Source: Candidatus Parvarchaeota archaeon (GTDB lineage: Archaea; Nanobdellota; Nanobdellia; WJKC01). Taken from it: a DNA stretch of 64,000 nucleotides. Below the pieces are notes generated by a model. The model ran no database searches. It was not told the origin of the DNA and saw only the letters and a list, made by a program, of their open reading frames with translations. Positions 18,254 to 28,375 of the stretch are shown here, in pieces. The translations under genes and the position numbers were made by a program. The DNA lies in NCBI GenBank assembly GCA_017608505.1, contig JAFCFT010000003.1:234-64233 (forward strand). The letters run 5' to 3'. Positions within the stretch are counted from its first letter, which is position 1. Each line of letters starts with the position of its first letter.

Positions 18254-21066
18254 AAAAAGCGCAGTTTTTCATTGGAACAATAGTGCTTGTTGCATTATCA
18301 ACATCAATAATTGCAGGCAGCTTGACAATACCAGAACAATTAAAATACAACAGCTTTGAAACTGATTTAAATGACTACAATAATATAATATTTGTTAAGA
18401 ATTCAATTAAGGACTTGTTTAACAATTATTTTACAGACTACTGGATGCTTCCTTATGACTACAGAACAACAATCAAAGTATACAACAATTTTACATTAAA
18501 AGGAAATCTGATAAAAGTTCAATTAGACTTGCCCAATGACATTCATGAAGAGTCGTTAATATTAATTGACAGCGATGGAGATATAGTCCCCTTTGGCATT
18601 GAATGGACAGATGTATCAGAAAAACAAGGCGCATTATACTTTCAGTCGTCTCTTAATTCAATGGATAACGAAAACTATTATTTATACTACAATGATGTTT
18701 CAAACTCAAATAAAGATAATAAATACAAAGAGCAAATGGTAATATACAACAGCTCTTCCGAATACATTGACATTAGAACAGGACTTTACAGTCTAAGACT
18801 AAACAAAAGTCTTGGGGGCGCACTTACAAATCTTAACATTTCTGGAAAAGGGAATGTGCTAAACATTTTAGAAGCAAGGCTTAACTGCTCAGGAACAATA
18901 TATAGCTTGTCTAACAGCAGTAATCAAGAATACGCTATTAATGATTACAATTACTTTTTAGAAGTCGCAATCACAGGCTCAAGATTCACAAACACAAGCT
19001 ACAAAATAAAAGAATATTTCTTTCCAGATAGAATAATAATTAAAGACTTTTTAACTGTTGGAGCAGATTCGCCATGCAGCTCTTGGGAATTTTTTGTTGA
19101 TGCAAAAAAAGATGATCTGCCAAATTACATAGACTCAAAAGAAAATTCTTATGCGCCTGTGCCTGTCATGGACCAAAACGGGCTTGACATGGGGGACTGG
19201 GCAGAATTCTATGGTGACAATTATGCCCTTGGCGTGTTAATAAGCAATAGTTCTCCATACAATTATCTTTCAAGCACAAGCAGCGAGAACATACTTTTGC
19301 TTAGAGCGCACAACGCGTCTCTTTTAAGCAAAGGAGCTTATAACAACACAATTACTATTATTCCAATGCATAATGACTCAATTAAAAATAATCATTTGAA
19401 TTATGAAGTTAATGCGCTCACTTCAAACGATGACTTATTTAATGAAAAACAAGAATTGCTTAATATCCTTAAAAGATACTTTACGCAAGCAAACACATAC
19501 GTAACAGTTACTGTTGACAACGCTCGCTCTATAGAACAGTACAATAACAGATCTAATTGGTACAGCAACTTAACGATGCGCTCCAGCATCAGAGCATTTG
19601 GACCTAATTTCAAGACGCCCCTTGTCATATCTGCAAGATTTCTTAAAGGTTTTGAACCAAGCTCGGTCGTACTAGTTGGCAGTGAAGGACCGCTAATTTC
19701 TCAACTTTCAACAGACAATTATATGAACAATTCATTTAGCCCTCTTCTTAACAACTCTTTAGTAAATAACACGATTCTTGTCCTTAACTTGGATGGGCGC
19801 GACTTTAATGTGAGTATTAACAAACAAGTTGCTGGCCCATTAAGTGCTTATGCATATTATCCGAATGGGACTTTAATCAATTATTATGACATTAACACAG
19901 ATTTTTACAACATAGAATTTAAAGATATAAAGCAGTCTGGATTTTACAACATATCATTTAATGGCACTGATGCTTTATTCTTTGCAAACTCCTCGCTTCC
20001 AAAAATGGTCATAGGACTGCCAGCACAAGTCCATGCTGAGGAATTAATTTTGCCTGTAAATGAGACTACAAATAATATTTCCATTTCAATAGAAGCATTT
20101 AATAACAATGCTAGACTCATTGACTTCTTAAATAACACAGTAGCATCAGACAACGGAAGCACACTAAGCCTTAATGCTGATGTCGTAAAATGTCTTGACG
20201 GATGCTATTATAAACTGTTGCTTGAAAATGCAAGCCCTGCTTTTATTAGCTCATCACTTAATTATGCTTGCGCAAATGCGCTGTCTTGCATTAATCCTGA
20301 TGAACCAAGAGTAGACATAGTAAGTTATGGCCTAACAAGCGAGTCAGGCGCGGATATGCACTATTACTACAATGTGGATACATACTCAACAAATTACAGC
20401 AAAAATACAGACTTAAAGTACAGCTTAAAAGACTATGAAGTCAACAACTCTTATTTTAGCTTTGATTTAGACGACTTAAAATTCATTGTTAACAACACTG
20501 ACTGGAGTCTTGGCTGGACAACCTGCGACCCAGAATGCACAAATGGATTTAACAAAATCAAATTTTTAGAAACTGGTCCAGCACGCGTTGTGTTGTGGGC
20601 AAACGCAAGCCCTTATACAAAATACTATTTTTTCTTTTATTACAATGCTTCATTATTTGATGTTTTTATAGACTCAAGTCGCGAAGTGACTTTTGGACCA
20701 GACTTTAAAGTCGGGGGCAGCGACACTTTGTATTATGATTACTTGGGGTCTGGCTCATTAAGCGAAGGCAATACAGACAATTACATTAACAGAGTGCTGC
20801 TTAAAGGAGTAAACAATTACATTAGAAGAAAAAGCTTAAACAATTCATTTTCTGTTGTCTTTAAGCCGCGCGATTTATCATACAACAACTCTATCTTAGT
20901 CAATGACTCCACAGTGCGCTTTAAAGTTTACAAACCAGGGTTTTTTAGATTTTTAATTGATGTTGACCCAAATAACTATTTATATGACTTAAAGCAAAGA
21001 GAATGGATGTTCTCATTGCATTACAACATAACAGGCCTTACATACACTTTAAGCGAACATTCATAA
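18250..21066 (+). CDS. Large pilin-like/secreted Asn-Tyr-Ser-rich protein (938 aa), putative pilus-associated adhesin
   Basis: MKKAQFFIGTIVLVALSTSIIAGS N-terminus. More than 30 N-X-S/T sequons by eye. ATGA overlap with the upstream gene. Last gene of the co-directional locus. Confidence 0.6.
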   Translation: MKKAQFFIGTIVLVALSTSIIAGSLTIPEQLKYNSFETDLNDYNNIIFVKNSIKDLFNNYFTDYWMLPYDYRTTIKVYNNFTLKGNLIKVQLDLPNDIHEESLILIDSDGDIVPFGIEWTDVSEKQGALYFQSSLNSMDNENYYLYYNDVSNSNKDNKYKEQMVIYNSSSEYIDIRTGLYSLRLNKSLGGALTNLNISGKGNVLNILEARLNCSGTIYSLSNSSNQEYAINDYNYFLEVAITGSRFTNTSYKIKEYFFPDRIIIKDFLTVGADSPCSSWEFFVDAKKDDLPNYIDSKENSYAPVPVMDQNGLDMGDWAEFYGDNYALGVLISNSSPYNYLSSTSSENILLLRAHNASLLSKGAYNNTITIIPMHNDSIKNNHLNYEVNALTSNDDLFNEKQELLNILKRYFTQANTYVTVTVDNARSIEQYNNRSNWYSNLTMRSSIRAFGPNFKTPLVISARFLKGFEPSSVVLVGSEGPLISQLSTDNYMNNSFSPLLNNSLVNNTILVLNLDGRDFNVSINKQVAGPLSAYAYYPNGTLINYYDINTDFYNIEFKDIKQSGFYNISFNGTDALFFANSSLPKMVIGLPAQVHAEELILPVNETTNNISISIEAFNNNARLIDFLNNTVASDNGSTLSLNADVVKCLDGCYYKLLLENASPAFISSSLNYACANALSCINPDEPRVDIVSYGLTSESGADMHYYYNVDTYSTNYSKNTDLKYSLKDYEVNNSYFSFDLDDLKFIVNNTDWSLGWTTCDPECTNGFNKIKFLETGPARVVLWANASPYTKYYFFFYYNASLFDVFIDSSREVTFGPDFKVGGSDTLYYDYLGSGSLSEGNTDNYINRVLLKGVNNYIRRKSLNNSFSVVFKPRDLSYNNSILVNDSTVRFKVYKPGFFRFLIDVDPNNYLYDLKQREWMFSLHYNITGLTYTLSEHS

Positions 21067-22206
21067 AAAATCGATGTCTTTTGGATTCAAATCCAACTCA
21101 TTTATCAGCATATTTTTAAAATCATTATTTTTACACATTATTTTCAAATAAGGAAGATACTCGTTCATTAATTTTCTTTTGCTTGCATGAATTTTTGTTC
21201 TTAATGCTTCCAAAACCCTATTCCTTGAAGCCCTATCGCTCTTTGTCTTCCACAATTTCAATATCTTTTTTGGAGAATTAAATTTGTAACAAGGGGTTTT
21301 TGTTTTTACTCCTCCTGTCATAAGCGCATTGGCATATGCCCAGTATCTATAATGTTGCCATCTTAAAACCCTTCCTATAAAAACATCAGCTCTTGACAAA
21401 TAATTGTAAATTTCACTTAACTCTTTAAGGTCCTTTACTAATGATGCGTTTTCGCTTATCCATAACAGTTTTTCGTTAATATCCATTTCAACATCATCTA
21501 ATGCTTTAAGCGCCTCATTAAAGTCCTTTGCATTATACAATCTGCTTAAGCCCTCAAAAATGCTTATTGGTTTTTCTCTGTATGTCAGCGCCTCAAATTC
21601 GTAATCTGTTATTTCTCCGTCCTTCCCAAGCAGTTCTAAATCATTTATTGCAGCGCGCGCATCTCCTTTTGCATTTGCAGCAATCTTATACAACAGCCCG
21701 TCGCTTACTTTTACGTTTTCTTTAGAACATATTTTCCTTAAGATTTTAGCAATCCAAGCAGCCCTTAACTTTCTGTATTCAATTATCTCACAATAATTTT
21801 TTAAGCTCCTTAGCTTTTGGTCCCACTTGTCTTTTGCAGTGAAAATTATAGCTACTTTTGACATTTTCACACATTTTATTAATTCAGGCATCCCTCCTCT
21901 ATCAAGCAAGTCAACATCATCAATAAGCACAAGTTTTTCTCCAAAAAAACCTCTTGTAAGTATCGTATTTCTTAAAACACTATTTATGTATTCTGCGTTT
22001 CTTTTTTCGTCAACGCTTAATTCTATTAACTGCATTCCGCATTCTTTAGCAATTGCATATGCTGATGCGGTCTTGCCAGTTCCAGGAGGCCCAACAATTA
22101 GACAAGGCTTTTTTTCATTAACGCATTTTAGAACTTTTTGGATGCCTTGCCCTATTATCTCGCTTGTACTTTTCGGTGCATGCTTGTCATACCAAGGAAG
22201 GCTCAT
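21061..22206 (-). CDS. rfcL: Replication factor C large subunit (compact)
   Basis: [15 protein letters not shown], Walker [21 protein letters not shown]. Sits downstream of, and overlaps, rfcS. Confidence 0.8.
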   Translation of the reverse strand: MSLPWYDKHAPKSTSEIIGQGIQKVLKCVNEKKPCLIVGPPGTGKTASAYAIAKECGMQLIELSVDEKRNAEYINSVLRNTILTRGFFGEKLVLIDDVDLLDRGGMPELIKCVKMSKVAIIFTAKDKWDQKLRSLKNYCEIIEYRKLRAAWIAKILRKICSKENVKVSDGLLYKIAANAKGDARAAINDLELLGKDGEITDYEFEALTYREKPISIFEGLSRLYNAKDFNEALKALDDVEMDINEKLLWISENASLVKDLKELSEIYNYLSRADVFIGRVLRWQHYRYWAYANALMTGGVKTKTPCYKFNSPKKILKLWKTKSDRASRNRVLEALRTKIHASKRKLMNEYLPYLKIMCKNNDFKNMLINELDLNPKDIDFL

Positions 22207-23159
22207 AAACCAGCACTACCTAAATAACACATTTGCGCTATCAATGCGTCTATTTGCAAATATTCATCAGCGCCTTCAACAATCCTGAATTCATATTCTC
22301 CAATTTTATCTATTAATTTTATCTTCAAAGCATGAGGCAGGTCCATTTTAATTACTTGAGAATGCAATTGTTTTATTGCATCAATGCCAGACAAGCCGTA
22401 TTTTAACATAGTGTCCATCATTAGATTCTTAGCTTTCTCAAAATTTCCATCAAGTGCAAGCTTTACAACTTTTGTTATTTCATCAGGCTTAGCATAACTT
22501 GCAACTTCGTAAATTAATGAAACATCAACATTTTTTGAAATGCTTGCTGTTGCTTGCAACAAATTAATTGCTTTTCTTAAATCTCCTCTTGAAATTTCAT
22601 ACAATGCCTTTAATGCTTCATCTGATATTTTCAAGCCTTCTTTGCTTGAAACTTCTTTTAACAGCTCAATAACAGCCCCTTCTTCCAAAGGCTTGAATCT
22701 AAACACAGCGCATCTTGACTGTATTGGATCTATTATTTTTGAAGAATAATTGCAGTCAAGTATGAATCTGCAAGTTCCAGCATACTTTTCCATGGTCCGC
22801 CTAAGCGCGTGCTGTGCATCCTTTGTCAAAGAATCTGCCTCATCAAGAAGTATAAGCTTAAAAGGCATGCCTCCTATTGGCATTGTTCTTGCAAAGTCTT
22901 TTATTTTGCCTCTTATAACATCTATTCCCCGCTCATCGCTAGCGTTTAATTCAATGAAATTGTGCCCCCACTCGTCACCATAAAGCTCGCGCGCTATTGC
23001 CAAAGCACAAGTGCTTTTTCCAGTGCCAGCAGGCCCTGAAAACAAAAGATGCGGCATGCTTTTTGACTTAACAAAAGATTTAAGCCTTTTTACAATACTT
23101 ACTTGCCCGTATATTTCATCCAATTTCTTAGGCCTGTACTTCTCAGTCCATATGTCCAT
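22203..23159 (-). CDS. rfcS: Replication factor C small subunit
   Basis: [43 protein letters not shown] motif QSRCAVFRF. The true ATG is at 23159. The track ORF extends to 23396 across the ileS promoter and start. Confidence 0.9.
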   Translation of the reverse strand: MDIWTEKYRPKKLDEIYGQVSIVKRLKSFVKSKSMPHLLFSGPAGTGKSTCALAIARELYGDEWGHNFIELNASDERGIDVIRGKIKDFARTMPIGGMPFKLILLDEADSLTKDAQHALRRTMEKYAGTCRFILDCNYSSKIIDPIQSRCAVFRFKPLEEGAVIELLKEVSSKEGLKISDEALKALYEISRGDLRKAINLLQATASISKNVDVSLIYEVASYAKPDEITKVVKLALDGNFEKAKNLMMDTMLKYGLSGIDAIKQLHSQVIKMDLPHALKIKLIDKIGEYEFRIVEGADEYLQIDALIAQMCYLGSAGL

Positions 23160-23250
23160 GACTTTAAATTTTAGGGATAGGTTCTTTTTAATGTTTACGT
23201 AGGAGATTATCAAAGCATTTAAAAATAAACAATTTTTTAAAAATTCTCTA

Positions 23251-26200
23251 ATGGATAAATACGAACCAAAGAAAATTGAAGAAAAGATAATAAAATATTG
23301 GAAAAAAAACAAAATATATGCAAAAGTTAAGAATGCAAGCAAAAAATGCAAGAAAAAATTCTCATTTATTGACGGCCCTCCATACACTACTGGCACAATT
23401 CACTTAGGCCACTCGTGGAACAAGGTCATGAAAGACATGATACTTAGATACAAACGAATGAACGATTACAATGTCAATGACCAGCCAGGATATGACATGC
23501 ACGGCTTGCCTATAGAAGTGATGGTGCAAAAGGAATTCAAAATAAAAACTACAGACGACATATTAAAAATTGGGATTGGCAAGTTTACAGAAATGTGCAA
23601 AAAATATGCTTTAGAAAAACTTTACAAGATGAATGAAGAGTTTGCAAGACTGGGCGTATGGATGGACTGGGAAAACCCGTACATGACAATAAAAAACACA
23701 TACATTGAAGGCAGTTGGTGGGCTTTAAAAAAGGCTTGGGAAAATAAACTGCTTTACAAGGGGAAAAAGGTCATTAGCTGGTGCCAAATATGCGGCACAG
23801 CGCTTGCAAAACACGAGCTTGAATACAAAAACATAAAAGAAAACTCCATATACGTAAAATTAAAAATTAAAGACTCCAACGAGCACTTAATAATCTGGAC
23901 AACAACGCCATGGACGCTTCCTTTTAACATGGCAGTGATGGTGAATCCTGAATTAGACTATGTAAAAGCAAAAGTTGATGATGAAATATGGATTATTAGC
24001 AAAGCGCTGGCAGGCCCTTTTATTCAGGGCGTAATGAACAAAGAATTCACAATAATTGAGGAATTCAAAGGAGAAAGCTTGCTCGGCCTAAAGTACGAAC
24101 ATCCTTTACTTGATAAAATGCCTAAATTAAAAGAGTATTCTAAAAAGAAAGGAGTTCACACAGTAGTGCTAAGCAAAGAATATGTTGATACAAGCGCAGG
24201 GTCTGGATTGGTGCACTGCGCTCCAGGATGCGGTCCAGAAGACTATGAAGTTGGAAAAAAGTACAAACTGCCTGTTTTTAATGACATAGATGAGCAAGGG
24301 TTCTTTGGAGAAGAATCTGGCGCACTTAAAGGCTTGAGGGCAAAAGAAGATGATGAAAAAATTATCAAGTTGCTTGGCGACAGCGTATTAACGCGCGTAA
24401 TGATAGAGCATGAGTACCCTCACTGCTGGCGTTCAAAAAATCCAGTGATATTTAGAGCATCTAATCAATGGTTTATTAAAACAAGCAAGTTAAAAAATAA
24501 GATGCGAGCCCAAAACAAAAAAGTTTATTGGGTCCCAGACTGGGCAGGCAGCGCATGGTTTGACTCGTGGCTTAAAGAACTTGATGACTGGTGCATCAGC
24601 AGACAGCGTTTTTGGGGAATCCCACTTCCAATATGGGTTTGCGAGAAATGCGGCAATGAAAAAATAATAGGTTCATGGGATGAGTTAAAAAAGATAAGCG
24701 GACTGAAAAAAGAAATTGATTTTCATAGGCCTCACATTGACAAAGTAACATTTAAGTGTAACAAATGCAAAGGGGTGATGAAAAGGATTCCCGACATTCT
24801 CGACGTATGGCTTGATTCTGGCTCTGCTCCTTGGAGCAGCCTTGATTTCCCGAGAACTAATAAGAAATTTGAAGGGTCTTTCCCAATGGACTTCATTATT
24901 GAAGGAAAAGACCAAATCAGAGGCTGGTTTAACTCGCTTATATGCTTAAGCAACGCCAGCTGGGGCATTGCGCCTTATAAGAAAATATATATGCACGGCT
25001 TTGTTAATGACAGTGAAGGCAGAAAAATGAGCAAAAGTCTTGGAAACGTAATCAGTCCCATGGAAATGGTTGACAAATTTGGGGCAGACATACTTAGATT
25101 TTATCAAATAGGCGCAACAAGCCCTGGCGTAGACCAAAAATTCAACATTAAAGACATGAAAGACACCCAAAAAGCGTTAAATGTCATATACAATACTCAC
25201 TTGTATGCTTTAAAGAACTTTAAAATCGAACGCTACAAGCATAAAGAGCCAGCAATCAATTCTCCAGAAGATAAATGGATTGTTGGGCGCTTAAACAAAC
25301 TAATTAAAGAAGTAACTGATGCAATGGAATCATACAACGTATATTTGGTCCCGCGCCTTGTCAAGCAATTTCTTGTTGAAGATTTCAGCAGAGAATACTT
25401 AAAACTTGTAAAAAACAGGATTGTGCTTGGAAGCAAAGAAGAAAAATTAAACACGCTTGCAGTCATTGACAAAATACTAAGAGAAAGTCTGAAATTGCTT
25501 TCAATCATCACTCCATTTATTGCTGAAGAAATGTATCTAAACTTAAGAAGTTATTTGGGGCTTAAAGAAGAAAGCATATTCATGCTTAAATGGCCTAAAG
25601 CAGAACCTTACAATGAAAAGTTCATCAAAGGATTCGAACTTGCAAGAAATGTGTCGCAAGCAATCCTTCACTTAAGGGAAAAAGCAAAGATAAACAAAAG
25701 ATGGCCTCTTAAAACAGCATATATAGTGACAGAAGAAGAAAAGCGCATAAAGGACTTTTTAAATGTAATAAAAGAACAAACAAACATTAAAGAATTAAAG
25801 TTTGAAAACCCCCGTCTTGATTTTGACGTCAAGCCAGATTACAAGATGCTTAATCAGTTATTCCCAGGTGTTGTTGCGCAAATCATAAGCAGATTAACGC
25901 AATTAAGCCAGGAACTCGTAAAAAGAAAACTTGTCGAGTCAAAGTGCGTCAAATTAACAATTGATGCAAAAGAATATGCAATACCAGAAAATGCGTTTGT
26001 AATTTCTGAAAAACTGCCTCAAAATATAATTGGCGAGCAAGTAGGCGACAAGCTAAGAGTTTATATTGACACAGAATTAAATGACGAATTAATAAGCGAA
26101 GGATTTACTCGCGAAGTGATAAGAAGAATTCAAGAAACGCGCAAAGCCTTTGGACTAAAAAGAAATCAAAAAATAAGAGCAATCATTGAATGCGACAGCG

Positions 26201-26343
26201 AACTGACCCAAATGCTAAAAGAGCACATAGATTGGGTAACTAAGCAGACTAATTCAGAAGTTTCGTTTTCAAAAACAGTTGGAGACGCAACAGAATACAA
26301 AATAAAAGACAAAGAGATTAAAATCAATATAAAGACTATTTAA
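23251..26343 (+). CDS. ileS: Isoleucyl-tRNA synthetase
   Basis: HIGH-type HLGH, KMSKS, a CP1 editing region, Zn-type CxxC pairs, 1030 aa. Confidence 0.95.
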   Translation: MDKYEPKKIEEKIIKYWKKNKIYAKVKNASKKCKKKFSFIDGPPYTTGTIHLGHSWNKVMKDMILRYKRMNDYNVNDQPGYDMHGLPIEVMVQKEFKIKTTDDILKIGIGKFTEMCKKYALEKLYKMNEEFARLGVWMDWENPYMTIKNTYIEGSWWALKKAWENKLLYKGKKVISWCQICGTALAKHELEYKNIKENSIYVKLKIKDSNEHLIIWTTTPWTLPFNMAVMVNPELDYVKAKVDDEIWIISKALAGPFIQGVMNKEFTIIEEFKGESLLGLKYEHPLLDKMPKLKEYSKKKGVHTVVLSKEYVDTSAGSGLVHCAPGCGPEDYEVGKKYKLPVFNDIDEQGFFGEESGALKGLRAKEDDEKIIKLLGDSVLTRVMIEHEYPHCWRSKNPVIFRASNQWFIKTSKLKNKMRAQNKKVYWVPDWAGSAWFDSWLKELDDWCISRQRFWGIPLPIWVCEKCGNEKIIGSWDELKKISGLKKEIDFHRPHIDKVTFKCNKCKGVMKRIPDILDVWLDSGSAPWSSLDFPRTNKKFEGSFPMDFIIEGKDQIRGWFNSLICLSNASWGIAPYKKIYMHGFVNDSEGRKMSKSLGNVISPMEMVDKFGADILRFYQIGATSPGVDQKFNIKDMKDTQKALNVIYNTHLYALKNFKIERYKHKEPAINSPEDKWIVGRLNKLIKEVTDAMESYNVYLVPRLVKQFLVEDFSREYLKLVKNRIVLGSKEEKLNTLAVIDKILRESLKLLSIITPFIAEEMYLNLRSYLGLKEESIFMLKWPKAEPYNEKFIKGFELARNVSQAILHLREKAKINKRWPLKTAYIVTEEEKRIKDFLNVIKEQTNIKELKFENPRLDFDVKPDYKMLNQLFPGVVAQIISRLTQLSQELVKRKLVESKCVKLTIDAKEYAIPENAFVISEKLPQNIIGEQVGDKLRVYIDTELNDELISEGFTREVIRRIQETRKAFGLKRNQKIRAIIECDSELTQMLKEHIDWVTKQTNSEVSFSKTVGDATEYKIKDKEIKINIKTI

Positions 26344-27196
26344 AATACCCTATAGTTTCCTTTTTTATCTGCTCTGCAAGTTTTTTGTCTTTGTTAATAA
26401 TCACTTTAATCTCTGTTTTTGCTTCAAAAACATCTCGCGCAAAATTAATTAGATTAATATCTTCAATACTTTTTGCTTTTACAGCATAATTGTGCAACTT
26501 GCCTTTTATGTCGTCTGGAAGAAATATTTGAATCACAAGGTCGCCAAATACCATTATCTCGCTAATTCCTGCGCAGTTTACCCCAGTTTTTATATTTAAT
26601 CCAATGCTTTTATAAATTTTTGAGCACCACTTATCCATCGGCGTTTTTCCAGAGCACAATATGTATATGTTGCCGTCAAGCTCTTTAACTTTCTTTGCCC
26701 AATTATACTCAGCCCTTAAATAAAATAAGGGGCGCCACTCATGGCTGTGATGAATGCATATCACACCCCCTTTGCTCTTTAGCATGTAGTTCTTTTGCAA
26801 ATAATAAAGATACTTTTCAACGTCAAATAAAGTTTCAAACACAAGCAGACTCATAGAGCCGTTCATTTTAGCATCTAAAACGCCCATTATCATGTTGTGC
26901 CTATCTTTTGTATAATAATTTGATTCTGTCAATTCTGTATATGCGTGGAGGTCTTTAAGCCAGTTTAAATTTAATTTGTAGTTATGCGGCGCGTTCTTTT
27001 CCAAGACGCCCATAGAAATCAACTCTTTTACAGTTTTGTATACTGCCTGATATGTAATGCCCAACGAATACTTTTTCTTAATTTGATTATAAATTTGCTT
27101 GACACTTAAAGGCCAATCATACGAGAGAATTGTAATAATATAATCCTTAACAGTGTGCCTGCTTCCTGAGAATGGTATAAAAAAGCTAAGGCCCAT
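26336..27196 (-). CDS. Winged-helix DNA-binding protein with unknown C-terminal domain
   Basis: The N-terminal LSVKQIYNQIKKKYSLGITYQAVYKTVKELISMGVLEK is wHTH-like. The remainder is unrecognised. Confidence 0.5.
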   Translation of the reverse strand: MGLSFFIPFSGSRHTVKDYIITILSYDWPLSVKQIYNQIKKKYSLGITYQAVYKTVKELISMGVLEKNAPHNYKLNLNWLKDLHAYTELTESNYYTKDRHNMIMGVLDAKMNGSMSLLVFETLFDVEKYLYYLQKNYMLKSKGGVICIHHSHEWRPLFYLRAEYNWAKKVKELDGNIYILCSGKTPMDKWCSKIYKSIGLNIKTGVNCAGISEIMVFGDLVIQIFLPDDIKGKLHNYAVKAKSIEDINLINFARDVFEAKTEIKVIINKDKKLAEQIKKETIGYFK

Positions 27197-27303
27197 TAAA
27201 ATATCAAAGACTTAACTATTTTATATAATTAATTAAACTATTTAGTTTATTAATTTTTAAACATAGAATATTTATTTAACGTGAGAATACGCATGTATTT
27301 GGC

Positions 27304-27669
27304 ATGATGGAATTTGAAGTTAAAATTGTCGATGTGCTGAATACAAACGAAGGCGTCACATTTATAATGAAAACAAAAGATGGAATAATTATCAAGCCAA
27401 AATTAATGAACTTTAAAGGGAAATTCTTTATAAATTTGGTAACAAAAGAAAGAAGAGCCCTTAATGTGGCTGAAATAATTAATCAAGTAACTAAAATCTT
27501 AAATTGCATAAAAAAAGATGATGTAAAAGAGCTTGTGTTTAATTATCCATGCATAACAAAAGAGTCTTTAGACGCTGAAAGACTGCTAAAAACTGCTTTT
27601 AAAACGCTAAACATTTCATTTGCAAATGAAAAAGAGCATGTGTATTTCTTTGATTGCCACGACCATTAG
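27304..27669 (+). CDS. Hypothetical protein (121 aa)
   Basis: ORF only. Confidence 0.35.
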   Translation: MMEFEVKIVDVLNTNEGVTFIMKTKDGIIIKPKLMNFKGKFFINLVTKERRALNVAEIINQVTKILNCIKKDDVKELVFNYPCITKESLDAERLLKTAFKTLNISFANEKEHVYFFDCHDH

Positions 27670-27716
27670 TATTTATAAATGAGTAGCTATTTTCTTTTAT
27701 AAAGGGGGTTTTTTAA

Positions 27717-28262
27717 ATGCCAGAAGACGTAAAAATAGAAAACGTTGTTGCAAGTGTCACAATATTTATGGATGTTCCATTAGAAAAACTTGCAGCTACA
27801 CTTCCAAACACAGAATATAATCCTGAGCAGTTTCCAGGACTTGTGCTTAGGCTTAAACATATAGGAATTACAGCTCTTGTATTCAGTTCAGGCAAAATGG
27901 TCTGCACTGGAGCCAAATCAGAGGAAATGGTAAAAGTAGGCGTAAAAGAAATACTAAAAGAACTAAGAAAAATTGGACTAAGCACAAACAAGAAACCAGA
28001 AATAACAATACAAAACATGGTGGCGTCAGGCAATTTGCACATGACGCTTAATTTAAACACATTGGCGTTCAAGTTAGAAAACGCTGAATACGAGCCAGAA
28101 CAGTTTCCAGGACTAGTATACAAAGTCCCAAACAGCCACATAACATTCCTGCTGTTTGGAACAGGAAAAATAGTGTGCACTGGAGCAAAAAACGAAGAAG
28201 AAGTCAAAACAAGCGTGAAAAAACTAGCAATAAAATTAAAAGGATTAATTAAAAAAGACTAA
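27717..28262 (+). CDS. tbp: TATA-box-binding protein
   Basis: Two repeats with IENVVAS/IQNMVAS, PEQFPGLV(L/Y)R and (M/I)VCTGAK. Confidence 0.95.
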   Translation: MPEDVKIENVVASVTIFMDVPLEKLAATLPNTEYNPEQFPGLVLRLKHIGITALVFSSGKMVCTGAKSEEMVKVGVKEILKELRKIGLSTNKKPEITIQNMVASGNLHMTLNLNTLAFKLENAEYEPEQFPGLVYKVPNSHITFLLFGTGKIVCTGAKNEEEVKTSVKKLAIKLKGLIKKD

Positions 28263-28375
28263 TTTTTCCCTTTATTCTTTTTCCAAGCGAAATCAGGGTC
28301 AACTTTCTATTTTTAAATTTTATAAAACAAATAAGTTTTTATTTTAGCAGGGGGAAAATTATTAGGGGGATTAAA

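Noticed and set aside
7086-21066. Interpretation of the locus as an archaellum (fla) operon.
   Set aside because: No FlaH (KaiC-like), FlaF/FlaG or FlaC/D/E candidates are present. The platform is split in the Tad style, and the pilins resemble the Pilin_N type more than archaellins. This was judged by eye, so HMMs should confirm it.
23160-23396. 79-codon N-terminal extension of the RFC small subunit ORF.
   Set aside because: The extension is a hydrophobic junk sequence overlapping the ileS start and promoter on the other strand. The canonical [10 protein letters not shown] start is at 23159. Similar extensions were trimmed at 2398-2571 (rpoL), 42257-42493 (ykgJ-like), 48925-49065 (NTase), 48764-49021 (NIF3) and 3042-3107 (flpA).
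27713-28207. 164-aa - strand ORF covering almost the whole TBP gene.
   Set aside because: TBP on the + strand is unambiguous. The antisense ORF is a by-product of codon bias and the internal repeat of tbp.
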